Shown here piece after piece: positions 41,453 through 50,720 of a stretch of DNA of 64,000 nucleotides; the stretch's first letter is position 1; the number at the start of each line of letters is the position of its first letter. The notes beneath the pieces were generated by a model. It had not been told where the DNA came from. It searched no databases and was given only the letters and a program-made list of their open reading frames with translations. Where the stretch lies: positions 588,626 to 652,625 of the forward strand of contig CAKVFE010000001.1 in the NCBI GenBank assembly GCA_934746645.1, given 5' to 3'. The position numbers and the translations under genes were made by a program. The stretch is from an uncultured Clostridia bacterium. Its GTDB lineage: Bacteria > Bacillota > Clostridia > Christensenellales > UBA1242.

Positions 41453-42322
41453 ATGAAAATTGAAGTTAGTGCAAAGAGTATAGAAAAAGCTATAGAAGAA
41501 GGTCTTAAAAAACTAAATACTACTATAGAAAATGTTACTGTTAATGTTATCACTGAAGGTGGACTATTTAAGAAAGCCAAAATCGAAATGATAATGGATG
41601 ATGACAAAGATATAAAAGACGAAATATTTGGTTTGGAAGAAAATACCAATATTATGAACGCTGAAATAAAAGATGATGACCCATCTAAAGACGAATTGGT
41701 ATCAACTCCAGTAAGTGCTGAGTTAGAAACAGAAGTTGTATACGACAAAGACAAAGTTGTAGAAGTAAAAGAAAAACTTACACTTAATGACATAGTAAAA
41801 GAAACCGAAAATCTTGAAGATACCGAATCTCTAGAACAAAAACAACAAAGAAAACAAGAAATGCTTAACCAAACAATGACTATGGCTAAGAAATGGTTGG
41901 ACGGACTTATGTATGCTTACAACATCAATGCTATAGTAGAAGTATCTATTAGAGAAAATGATGTTTATGCAAACATTGTTGGCGAAAATTTGGGTGTACT
42001 TATTGGATATCACGGTGAAGCTATGGAAGCTATACAACACCTAGTTAATACATATTTGTATTCTAAATTAAAAGGTGCAAAAAGAGTATTTGTAGATGTT
42101 TCTGGTTATAGAGAAAAACGCAACAACGATTTAAGAAGTTTGGCAAATAAGATTGCTTCAAAAGTTCTTGAAAACAAACGCAGTTATAGACTTGACCCAA
42201 TGAATAGTTTTGAAAGAAGAATTATTCACGAAGAGTTGTCAAAAACACCTCATATACTTACACACAGTGAAGGTGTAGACCCTAACAGATATTTGATTAT
42301 TGAATATACAGAAGAAAAATAA
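41453..42322 (+). CDS. jag: Jag/KhpB RNA-binding protein (Jag_N, KH, R3H)
   Basis: C-terminal R3H 'LDPMNSFERRIIHEELSK', KH-like 'LGVLIGYHGEAMEAIQHLV', and synteny after yidC. Confidence 0.85.
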   Translation: MKIEVSAKSIEKAIEEGLKKLNTTIENVTVNVITEGGLFKKAKIEMIMDDDKDIKDEIFGLEENTNIMNAEIKDDDPSKDELVSTPVSAELETEVVYDKDKVVEVKEKLTLNDIVKETENLEDTESLEQKQQRKQEMLNQTMTMAKKWLDGLMYAYNINAIVEVSIRENDVYANIVGENLGVLIGYHGEAMEAIQHLVNTYLYSKLKGAKRVFVDVSGYREKRNNDLRSLANKIASKVLENKRSYRLDPMNSFERRIIHEELSKTPHILTHSEGVDPNRYLIIEYTEEK

Positions 42323-42579
42323 AAAAATATTTGATATTTTTAGAAAAAGTCACTATTATTATAGTGGCTTTTTTGGTATACTTAATATATAAAATTTTGG
42401 TAACAACTATAAAAGTTTTTATAAAACGACTTTATATTTAATTTAAATACTAAAATTTATTAAGTTATATTGTTATTATTTTTATATTTTTTTAAGCTTT
42501 TAGAAATTAAAAAATTAATATATTAAGTATAAAAACATTATAGATTAATTGATTATAAAATAGATAAAAGGTAAATTAT

Positions 42580-43929
42580 ATGTCTACTATAGCAGCAATA
42601 TCTACACCAATTGGTGTAGGTGGAATAAGCGTAATAAGATTGAGTGGTAAAGATGCAAAAAATATTGCATCTAAAGTTTTTTGTTTGTCAAAAATAAAAG
42701 ATTTTGATATAGAACCTAGAAAAATGTATTTGGGCGAATTTAAAGCAGAAAACTTTAATGAAAAATGTATGATGGTTTGGTTTAAAGCTCCATATAGTTA
42801 TACTGGCGAAGATGTCGTTGAATTTCAATGTCACGGTGGTACAGTTATTGCTAAAGGAGTTTTGGACGCTCTTATCAACAATGGTGCTACCCTAGCAGGC
42901 CCAGGTGAATTTACTAAGCGTGCGTTTGTCAATGGCAAACTTACATTGGACGAAGCTGAAGGTGTTATGGATATGATTAATGCTGAAAGCGAAAGCGAAG
43001 TAAGAGCTGGATATAATTTGTTAAAAGGTAATTTAAGTAAAGAGATTGAAAAAATCCAAACTCAACTTACAAAGATGATGGCAAAAATCGAAGTTACACT
43101 TGACTACCCTGAAAATGATTATGAAGAACAGACATCCAACGAAACTGTAGAAGACTTAAACAAAATTATTGATAGATTGCAATATTTATTGGATACTTCT
43201 ACTACTGGTCAAATAGTTAAAAATGGTAGCAAAGTATTGATTTTGGGTAAACCTAATGTAGGTAAAAGTAGTTTGCTTAATGCTATCCTTAATTATGATA
43301 GAGCTATAGTAACTTCAATAAAAGGTACTACAAGAGATATGTTGGAAGAAACTTATACTTATAAAGGAGTTAAGTTTGTACTAACAGATACAGCAGGTTT
43401 ACACGAAGCTAATGATGAAGTAGAAAAAATAGGCATAGAAAAGGCAAAAGAAGCTATCAATTATGCAGATGTTATGCTTATTGTTTTGGACGCTACAAGC
43501 CCACTTACAGACGAAGATAAAGAGATTTTGAAATTTGCCAACAATAAAAATACTATTGTGGTTATCAATAAATGTGAAACTAACAAAAAATTGGATTTAA
43601 GTGAATACAACTTTAAATACATTATTGAAGTTAGTGCATTACAAAAATTGGGTATTGAAGAATTGAAGAATGAGGTATATAATCTAGTGATAGACGAAAA
43701 TATCGTTAATTCTAATATAATGATAACCAATCTTAGACATGTAGAAGCAATAAAGAAAGCTATAGGATACGCAAATGACGCTATCAATGGCATTAAGCAA
43801 GGTATTACTTTAGATGTTGTAAGTATAGATTTGAAAAATTTGTGGTTGAGTCTAGGCGAAATAACCGGTAACAACAACAACGAATCTATTATCAACGAAA
43901 TATTTAGTGGATTCTGCGTAGGCAAATAA
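42580..43929 (+). CDS. mnmE: tRNA modification GTPase MnmE
   Basis: 'TIAAISTPIGVGGISVIRLSG', G1 'GKPNVGKSSLLN', G3 'DTAGL', C-terminal 'FCVGK'. Confidence 0.95.
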   Translation: MSTIAAISTPIGVGGISVIRLSGKDAKNIASKVFCLSKIKDFDIEPRKMYLGEFKAENFNEKCMMVWFKAPYSYTGEDVVEFQCHGGTVIAKGVLDALINNGATLAGPGEFTKRAFVNGKLTLDEAEGVMDMINAESESEVRAGYNLLKGNLSKEIEKIQTQLTKMMAKIEVTLDYPENDYEEQTSNETVEDLNKIIDRLQYLLDTSTTGQIVKNGSKVLILGKPNVGKSSLLNAILNYDRAIVTSIKGTTRDMLEETYTYKGVKFVLTDTAGLHEANDEVEKIGIEKAKEAINYADVMLIVLDATSPLTDEDKEILKFANNKNTIVVINKCETNKKLDLSEYNFKYIIEVSALQKLGIEELKNEVYNLVIDENIVNSNIMITNLRHVEAIKKAIGYANDAINGIKQGITLDVVSIDLKNLWLSLGEITGNNNNESIINEIFSGFCVGK

Positions 43930-43938
43930 GGATAAATT

Positions 43939-44496
43939 ATGAATTTTGACTGGAGAGATATATCTAGAAAAGATACTGAAGAGTTTAATCAATGGAGTAA
44001 TTCGGAAGCTTTTAAAATAAAATCCAAAGAAAACACCATTGATAAATATTTACATACCAACAACTATGGTGGACTTGGCGAACTTATGAAAATGTTTCTA
44101 AATGTTCAAGGCAAAGATATGTTTTTAAAAGTTGCCACTGATAATGGTCAACTGATAGGCATAATAGTCGGTATGCAATTAGACAATCAACCTAAAGACA
44201 CTATAGAGTGTATGATGTTTGCTGTCAACCCTACTCTACAAGGTAAAGGATACGGAACAGCAATGCTTTTTGATGTAGTAAAATCTCCAGAAAAGATATT
44301 TGGTATATCTAATTGTAAATTTGTTTCTTATGTAAATAAAGAAAACATTGCAAGCGAAACAGCTTTTAAAAAGGCTGGATTTAAGAAAAATGAAAATTGG
44401 TTGGAAAACTTTGGATTGGAAGTTAAAAACAACCAGTTTGTATATGACAAAACTGATGAAAATTTGAATGGTGAAAATAATGAACGAAAAATATGA
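43939..44496 (+). CDS. GNAT-family acetyltransferase inserted between mnmE and mnmG
   Basis: 'MMFAVNPTLQGKGYGTAML' (Q-x-x-G-x-G motif A). Its 3' end overlaps the mnmG start by 17 nt. Confidence 0.7.
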   Translation: MNFDWRDISRKDTEEFNQWSNSEAFKIKSKENTIDKYLHTNNYGGLGELMKMFLNVQGKDMFLKVATDNGQLIGIIVGMQLDNQPKDTIECMMFAVNPTLQGKGYGTAMLFDVVKSPEKIFGISNCKFVSYVNKENIASETAFKKAGFKKNENWLENFGLEVKNNQFVYDKTDENLNGENNERKI

Positions 44497-46336
44497 TGTT
44501 ATAGTTATAGGCTCTGGACACGCAGGCTGTGAAGCTTGTCTTGCTAGTGCCAGAATGGGACATAAAACTTTGCTATTGACTCTTAACCTAGATAGCATAG
44601 CTTTTTTGGCGTGCAATCCAAGTATTGGTGGTACTGCTAAAGGACATTTGGTATGCGAAATAGATGCTTTAGGTGGCGAAATGGGTGTCAATGCTGATAA
44701 GACAACTATACAACGCCGTATGCTTAATAGTTCTAAAGGACCAGCTGTCCAATCATTAAGAGCACAAGCAGACAAAGTTATGTATCATACCGAAATGAAG
44801 AAAACTCTTGAAAACACCCCTAACCTATTTATAAGACAAGGCGAAGCAAAAGAAATTTTGACTCACAACAACAAAGTAACAGGTGTAAAGACTGTACAAG
44901 GCGATACCTATATGGCAAAAGCTGTTGTTGTATGTACTGGTGTATATTTAAAGAGTGATGTTATTATTGGTAAAGTAAGACAAAACAGTGGACCTAATGG
45001 GTTTGCGCCTGCCAACCACCTAACTAAGTCATTAAAGAAGTTGGGATTGACTATAAGAAGATTTAAGACCGGTACACCAGTAAGAGTACATAGTGATAGT
45101 ATTGATTATAGCGAACTAGAACCACAATGTGGCGAAGACGATATTCAAACTTTTAGTTTTATGACTAAGAAAGCACCTAAAAATGTTATCAAATGTTATT
45201 TGACTTATACCAATTTGGATACTCATAAACTAATATTAGACAACTTAGATAAAGCACCTATGTACAATGGCGAAATCAAAAGTGAAGGACCTAGATATTG
45301 TCCAAGTATTGAGAGCAAAGTTGTAAGATTTAGTGATAAAGACCATCATCAATTGTTCTTAGAGCCAGAAGCATTGTCTACTAAAGAAATCTATGTTCAA
45401 GGTTTTTCAACTTCAATGCCTACTTACCTACAATATCAAATGGTACATACAATAAAAGGTCTTGAAAATGCTCACATTATGCGTGACGCTTATGCTATAG
45501 AATATGATTGTATAGATAGTTTACAGTTGTACCCTACACTTCAATATAAAGGCTGTGACGGACTTTATTTTGCTGGACAAGTAAACGGAACAAGTGGATA
45601 TGAAGAAGCAGGAGCGCAAGGAATAATAGCTGGTATCAATGCAAGTCTATATGTAGACAACAAACCTCCTTTTGTATTAAAGCGAAACGAAGCTTATATT
45701 GGTGTTTTGATTGATGACCTTACTACCAAAGGTACCAACGAACCATATCGTATGATGACAAGTCGTGCCGAATATAGACTACAACTAAGACAAGATAATG
45801 CAGATTTAAGACTAACACAGCGTGGTTATGATATAGGTCTTGTTACTAAAGAAAGATACAAAAAATATTGCAAAAGAGTAAAAGAAATTGAAGACCTTAG
45901 ATCTAAATTAAATACCACATTTAACCCAAAACAAGTAGAACAATTATGTGTTGAAAGTGGCGAATCTCTACCAAAGTCAGGTATCTCTTTAAAAGAACTA
46001 TTGAAAAGAAGTAATATAACGGTTGAAAACTTTGTTAAGTACTTCCCAGAATATAACGTATATCCAAAAAATGTTTTAAAAGAAATAGAAATCGAAGTAA
46101 AATATGAAGGATATCTACAAAAACAAAATCAACAAATAGAAGATAGCAAGCGTCAAGAATGTACTGCACTTAGTCAAGATATGGATTATAGCAAAATAAA
46201 AGGTCTAAGAATGGAAGCTAGACAAAAACTAAACGCTGTTAAACCATTGACTTTGGGACAAGCAAGCCGTATTAGTGGTGTAAGTCCAGCAGACATTGCT
46301 GTATTGACTGTATATCTAAAGACAATAGCTAAATAA
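44480..46336 (+). CDS. mnmG: tRNA uridine 5-carboxymethylaminomethyl modification enzyme MnmG (GidA)
   Basis: Start taken at 'MNEKYDVIVIGSGHAGCEA' (FAD dinucleotide fold). 'GPRYCPSIE' and 'LYFAGQVNGTSGYEEA'. Confidence 0.95.
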   Translation: MNEKYDVIVIGSGHAGCEACLASARMGHKTLLLTLNLDSIAFLACNPSIGGTAKGHLVCEIDALGGEMGVNADKTTIQRRMLNSSKGPAVQSLRAQADKVMYHTEMKKTLENTPNLFIRQGEAKEILTHNNKVTGVKTVQGDTYMAKAVVVCTGVYLKSDVIIGKVRQNSGPNGFAPANHLTKSLKKLGLTIRRFKTGTPVRVHSDSIDYSELEPQCGEDDIQTFSFMTKKAPKNVIKCYLTYTNLDTHKLILDNLDKAPMYNGEIKSEGPRYCPSIESKVVRFSDKDHHQLFLEPEALSTKEIYVQGFSTSMPTYLQYQMVHTIKGLENAHIMRDAYAIEYDCIDSLQLYPTLQYKGCDGLYFAGQVNGTSGYEEAGAQGIIAGINASLYVDNKPPFVLKRNEAYIGVLIDDLTTKGTNEPYRMMTSRAEYRLQLRQDNADLRLTQRGYDIGLVTKERYKKYCKRVKEIEDLRSKLNTTFNPKQVEQLCVESGESLPKSGISLKELLKRSNITVENFVKYFPEYNVYPKNVLKEIEIEVKYEGYLQKQNQQIEDSKRQECTALSQDMDYSKIKGLRMEARQKLNAVKPLTLGQASRISGVSPADIAVLTVYLKTIAK

Positions 46337-46417
46337 TTAAGTCATACTTATTGATATATATAACTTATAAATAATATAAAGTATTTAAATTAAAAGCATA
46401 TAAATAATATAAAATAA

Positions 46418-46448
46418 GAGCATTGTAATATAAACAATGTTCTTTTTT
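46418..46448 (+). terminator. intrinsic terminator after mnmG
   Basis: 9-bp stem 46418-26 / 46434-42 (one G-U pair), then a T-run 46443-48. Confidence 0.7.
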
Positions 46449-46833
46449 ATATCTTTTATAGCGAAAAATAGCAAAATATGTAGTATGTTATATAATAATA
46501 ACTAAAAATAAGTTATTTTGTAATAACTAATAAAATTTTTGAGATATAAAATAAATAAAATAAACAAAATTGACTTTAAAGTTATAAAATAATAACTATT
46601 ATTATTTAATAAATTAAGCTAAGTATAGGGTATAGTTGAATATAATAACAAAAGATATTGTTGTTATAAGTGTTGGTAGCTGATTAATGATGTGATTTGG
46701 TTCTGATGTAAAATATTAGGTTTATATTAAGGATAGAATGGAAACATTACGAAGACAAAATATGTAGATTAATCTGTAGATTATTGTTTTGTTTTTAATA
46801 ATTTATAGTGTTAAAGTGTATTAAAAATATGCT

Positions 46834-46884
46834 TGCGTCTATATAAAATTATTGTATTTGGCTAATAAAATGAATATGCGTCTA
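46834..46884. repeat. two copies of the GC-cored motif (A/T)TGCGTCTA
   Basis: 'aaaaatatgctTGCGTCTAtataaaatt' (core 46834-41) and 'ATATGCGTCTA' (46874-84). Confidence 0.7.
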
Positions 46885-47110
46885 ACGATTTTATTATATT
46901 AATTTTAATTAAATTTTAGTTAAATATTTTAACTAAATTTAATCTCTTAATTGCTATAAATTCATAGCTTAGAGATGTGGCGAAAGTTTATGATTTGATT
47001 GTTTATACCGACAATATTAATATAATTTTGGTCTATTATCTGATATAATTATCCGGTATTAATATGATTAATTATTTATACTTTAAGTTGTAATTAAGTG
47101 TGTATAAGGG

Positions 47111-47235
47111 TGCAAATTTTGCATCTAAATTTAACTAAAAATTGCTAAAGAATAATAAAATATCAACTCAAAAATTAAACAAAAATTGTGCAAATTTTGC
47201 ATAATTTTATGATTGTAAAAAGTGCAAATTTTGCA
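47111..47235. repeat. three exact copies of the 13-bp palindrome TGCAAA-T-TTTGCA
   Basis: Exact copies at 47111-47123, 47189-47201 and 47223-47235 (the third extends to GTGCAAATTTTGCAC). They lie in ORF-free DNA. Confidence 0.85.
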
Positions 47236-47823
47236 CTTTTATTATTAAATCATATTAAAATATAGTGATTCTGTTCCATTATTTTAAATATAGCGAATTT
47301 ATAGAAATTTAGGCTTAAAAATATATTAATTTTTTTAAATTAGCGACTTTCGTGATTTTAGATGATATATTGGTCATTTCAAGTTGTTTATTTACGATAA
47401 TATTGGATTTTTGATACATTTTCATATATTTTGTCCAAATAATTTGCAATTTGATGGTTTTTTACTGATTTTTTGGTGTTTATATTGATGGTTTTATTCT
47501 TTAGCATTAAAAATATTGATTTTAAGCTTCATTGCTGATTTATTTGGTAATTTTATCTAAAATATAGCAAATATTAGGGTATATTGATAAATCGGTAATA
47601 TATTTATCTTTTGTAATGTATATAATTTGCTACAGCTAATTATTTTTATTCTTTATAGTTAACAATAAATAATATTGTTTAAGAGTAGGTAATGGTATTA
47701 TATAGAATATATTAAATATTGATATCCAATTTTACTTTATGTTTGTCTTATTTTACTAATTGTGGTATACTTAATATATAATAAAAATGTCGTTAATTTT
47801 ACAATTTTTACAACAAAATATTG

Positions 47824-47834
47824 TAGACGCATAT
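47824..47834. repeat. TAGACGCATAT (reverse orientation of ATATGCGTCTA)
   Basis: Exact 11-mer 21 nt upstream of parS-1. Overlaps the spacer/-10 of a possible rsmG promoter (TTACAA 47808-13 ... TATATA 47832-37). Confidence 0.7.
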
Positions 47835-47855
47835 ATAAAATTGTTAAAAAATCAA

Positions 47856-47871
47856 TGTTTCACGTGAAACA
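47856..47871. other. parS: parS centromere site 1 (perfect TGTTTCACGTGAAACA)
   Basis: Perfect 16-bp palindrome matching the Bacillota parS consensus TGTTNCACGTGAAACA. It ends 15 nt before the rsmG ATG. Confidence 0.9.
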
Positions 47872-47886
47872 TTGTGTGGAGTGTGT

Positions 47887-48597
47887 ATGGATTTTAAAGA
47901 AGAATTAAAACAAGTATTTGGTAATTATAATATAGATGTTAATGATCAACAAATTGCTTTATTTGATAAGTATTACCAACTAATATTGGAGTGGAATGAA
48001 AAGTTTAACTTAACAACTATATTACAACAAAGAGATGTTATAATTAAACATTTTTTGGATAGTTGCTTAGTTTGTGAGAGTTTAAAGGATAATGCTACAT
48101 TAATCGATGTTGGGGCTGGAGCAGGTTTTCCATCTATTCCAATTAAAATACTTAGACCTGATATTGGTATAACTATGATTGATGGCTCTAATAAAAGGGT
48201 TACCTTTTTAAATGAGTGTATAGATAAATTAGGGCTAAAAAATGCTTGCGCTATACACGAAAGATGTGAAATATTGGCTCATAAACCAGAATATCGTGAA
48301 AAATTTGATTATTGTGTAGCTAGGGCAGTGGCAGAATCTAATGTGTTGGCAGAGTATTGTTTGCCATTTGTTAAGTTATTTGGATATATGATAGCTTTTA
48401 AATCTCGTAATATCGAAGAAGAACTTGAAAAAGCTAAAAACTCTATAGAACTATTGGGTGGCAAAGTAACTGATATAAAAAATACATATATTGAAGAAAT
48501 TGATGCTGAGCGTAATTTGGTGTTTATCCAAAAGAAGTTTAAAACTCCAGTTAAATATCCTCGTGGTCAAAATAAACCAAGAACCAATCCACTATAA
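47887..48597 (+). CDS. rsmG: 16S rRNA (guanine527-N7)-methyltransferase RsmG (GidB)
   Basis: Start moved to the ATG at 47887 (SD GGAG 47878-81). 'NLT...HFLDS' and SAM motif 'LIDVGAGAGFPSIPIKI'. Confidence 0.9.
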   Translation: MDFKEELKQVFGNYNIDVNDQQIALFDKYYQLILEWNEKFNLTTILQQRDVIIKHFLDSCLVCESLKDNATLIDVGAGAGFPSIPIKILRPDIGITMIDGSNKRVTFLNECIDKLGLKNACAIHERCEILAHKPEYREKFDYCVARAVAESNVLAEYCLPFVKLFGYMIAFKSRNIEEELEKAKNSIELLGGKVTDIKNTYIEEIDAERNLVFIQKKFKTPVKYPRGQNKPRTNPL

Positions 48598-48689
48598 TAT
48601 TAGCATTATATTAATAAAATCACTTTAAATTACCCATATTTACATAAAATATGGGGTAGTGCATAGATAATTTAATAAAAAATATTAGA

Positions 48690-48716
48690 CTGTAGTTATC
48701 TACAGCCTTTTTATTT
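48690..48716 (+). terminator. weak intrinsic terminator after rsmG
   Basis: CTGTAG (48690-95) / CTACAG (48700-05), then 'cctttttattt'. Confidence 0.45.
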
Positions 48717-49006
48717 GCCTACTTTGTGGTATGTTATACTATGCTGTTATTGTATACTATGCTGTTATATTGTAATATCTATAGATACTAATTTTTTTAA
48801 TAAAATATATTACTGTTTATATTGTGTCTATATGAATACCAAAAACCCGATTTTTTTTATGTCTTATATCTTATATAGTATATGGTGGATAGTGTATGGT
48901 GTTGTGGTCTATTGTATGTATGTGTCTATGTCATGTTTTTTATGTTAAGCCGATTAAGTTTTGGCTGTTATAATATGTTTGTTTTTGCTTGATTTACCCC
49001 TAAAAA

Positions 49007-49022
49007 TGTTTCACGTGAAACA
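49007..49022. other. parS: parS centromere site 2
   Basis: TGTTTCACGTGAAACA embedded in the 26-bp perfect palindrome AAAAATGTTTCACGTGAAACATTTTT (49002-49027). Confidence 0.9.
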
Positions 49023-49146
49023 TTTTTATACTCCCCATTGTTTTTATTAACTTTTTATGTGTATATAAAATGGCTTAATTAAGCCATTATTTTGTACTGA
49101 TATCAGATATAAGAAAACTTTCCAAAATTTTTTTCTTGCTTAAAAA

Positions 49147-49162
49147 TGTTTCACGTGAAACA
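49147..49162. other. parS: parS centromere site 3
   Basis: The same 26-bp palindrome repeated exactly at 49142-49167, 140 bp from site 2. Confidence 0.9.
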
Positions 49163-49731
49163 TTTTTAACCTGTTTATCTATAGTAAAGGCGAATAATCT
49201 ATCAACAATAACTGTCTTATCATTTTAACCACATACTATAATAAGATGATTACAGTGTGTTGTATTGTTATGTGTATTGTTATGTTTAATATATTATGTC
49301 TTTGTCTTTAATTAAACATTTTTAGTTCGCTATATAGTAAATCTTAAATGTGTTTATTTTGATAGCTATTATTTATAAATCATTGGTATGATATTGTGTA
49401 TTGTCTTTTAGCCTATTTTTGATTTTTTTGTGCTTTACTGGTATATGTATGTGTACTAATGTTAATTAGTATTAATTATGCCTAACAATAAATAATGTTG
49501 GATTAAGTATATTTGGTACTATATTTATATTTAATTTTAAATAAAATTTGTTATTAAAATTAGGATAAATACCTATTTTATTGACGCAATACCATATTTT
49601 TATTGTTGTGTCAAAATTTGTATATATATCTTAACTAAATTTGTAAAAAAGATATATTTTAATTTCCATTTTTCATATATATTTGATATAATGTATATAC
49701 AATTAATAATAACTAATAAGGAAGTGATTTA

Positions 49732-50502
49732 ATGGGTAAAATTATTAGTTTCATCAATCAAAAAGGTGGCGTTGGTAAAACAACCACTTGCGTAAATATG
49801 GCTAGCTATTTGGCTGTTATGGGTAAAAAAGTGCTTCTTTTAGACTTAGACCCACAAGGCAATGCTACAAGTAGTTTGGGTATAGATAAAGAATCTGGCT
49901 TAAAGACAATATATAATGTTATTGTTGATGATAATTTGCTAGATGAAGTTATTATGAAGTCAAAATTGGATAATTTGGACATAATACCAAGTAATGTAGA
50001 CTTAGCTGGAGCTGAAATTGAGCTTGTTCAAATGAATAATAGAGAAAAGGTTGTTAAAAAGATATTGCAACCTATAAAAAATAGTTACGACTATATTTGT
50101 ATTGACTGTCCACCAAGTTTGGGACTAATTACAGTTAATGGTCTTACAGCTAGTGATTCTTTAATTATTCCTATTCAATGTGAATATTTTGCTATTGAAG
50201 GTCTTACACAATTGATGTATACAATCAAATTGGTTAAAAAACACCTAAATCCAGACATTGCAGTTGAAGGTGTTGTATTAACAATGAAAGACGCAAGAAG
50301 TAATTTGGGTAATTCGGTTGCTGCTGATGTAAATAAGTACTTCAATAATAAAGTTTATGATACAATTATCCCTCGTAATATTAGACTTGCAGAAGCTCCA
50401 AGTTATGGTGAACCAATATGTATGTATGATCCAAAATGTAACGGAGCTATTGCATATCGTACATTAACTGAAGAATTTTTGAAGAGAAACAACGACAAAT
50501 AG
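49732..50502 (+). CDS. parA: chromosome partitioning ATPase ParA/Soj
   Basis: Deviant Walker A 'NQKGGVGKTTT', 'LLLDLDPQGNAT' and 'DYICIDCPPSLG'. Confidence 0.93.
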   Translation: MGKIISFINQKGGVGKTTTCVNMASYLAVMGKKVLLLDLDPQGNATSSLGIDKESGLKTIYNVIVDDNLLDEVIMKSKLDNLDIIPSNVDLAGAEIELVQMNNREKVVKKILQPIKNSYDYICIDCPPSLGLITVNGLTASDSLIIPIQCEYFAIEGLTQLMYTIKLVKKHLNPDIAVEGVVLTMKDARSNLGNSVAADVNKYFNNKVYDTIIPRNIRLAEAPSYGEPICMYDPKCNGAIAYRTLTEEFLKRNNDK

Positions 50503-50720
50503 TCATATTTGTGTGTAATTTTCGATATTTATATTCGTATTTACATTTGTGTGTATATAATGTGTAATATCAGATATACAGCAAAAGGCTGTGTATAAAT
50601 AGTTGATATCTATGTTTTATATTAAAATATATTGAAAATACAAGAAAAATAGTTAAAATTACCACTAAAAGTGACAAAAACTAATGAAAATAACTAAATT
50701 TTAGATTAAAGGATAAAAAT

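Noticed and set aside
48715-48948. 77-aa ORF (MPTLWYVILCCYCILCCYIV...) in the rsmG-parA spacer
   Set aside because: It has a TTG start and no SD. Its Cys/Tyr/Val-rich composition comes from GT-rich direct repeats (TATACTATGCTGTTAT x2), and it lies in otherwise ORF-free AT-rich DNA. Most likely a chance ORF.
48735-49285. Short direct repeats considered as a CRISPR array
   Set aside because: There are only two copies each of 12-16-nt units with 0-2-nt spacing, no regular repeat-spacer periodicity, and no cas genes in the window.
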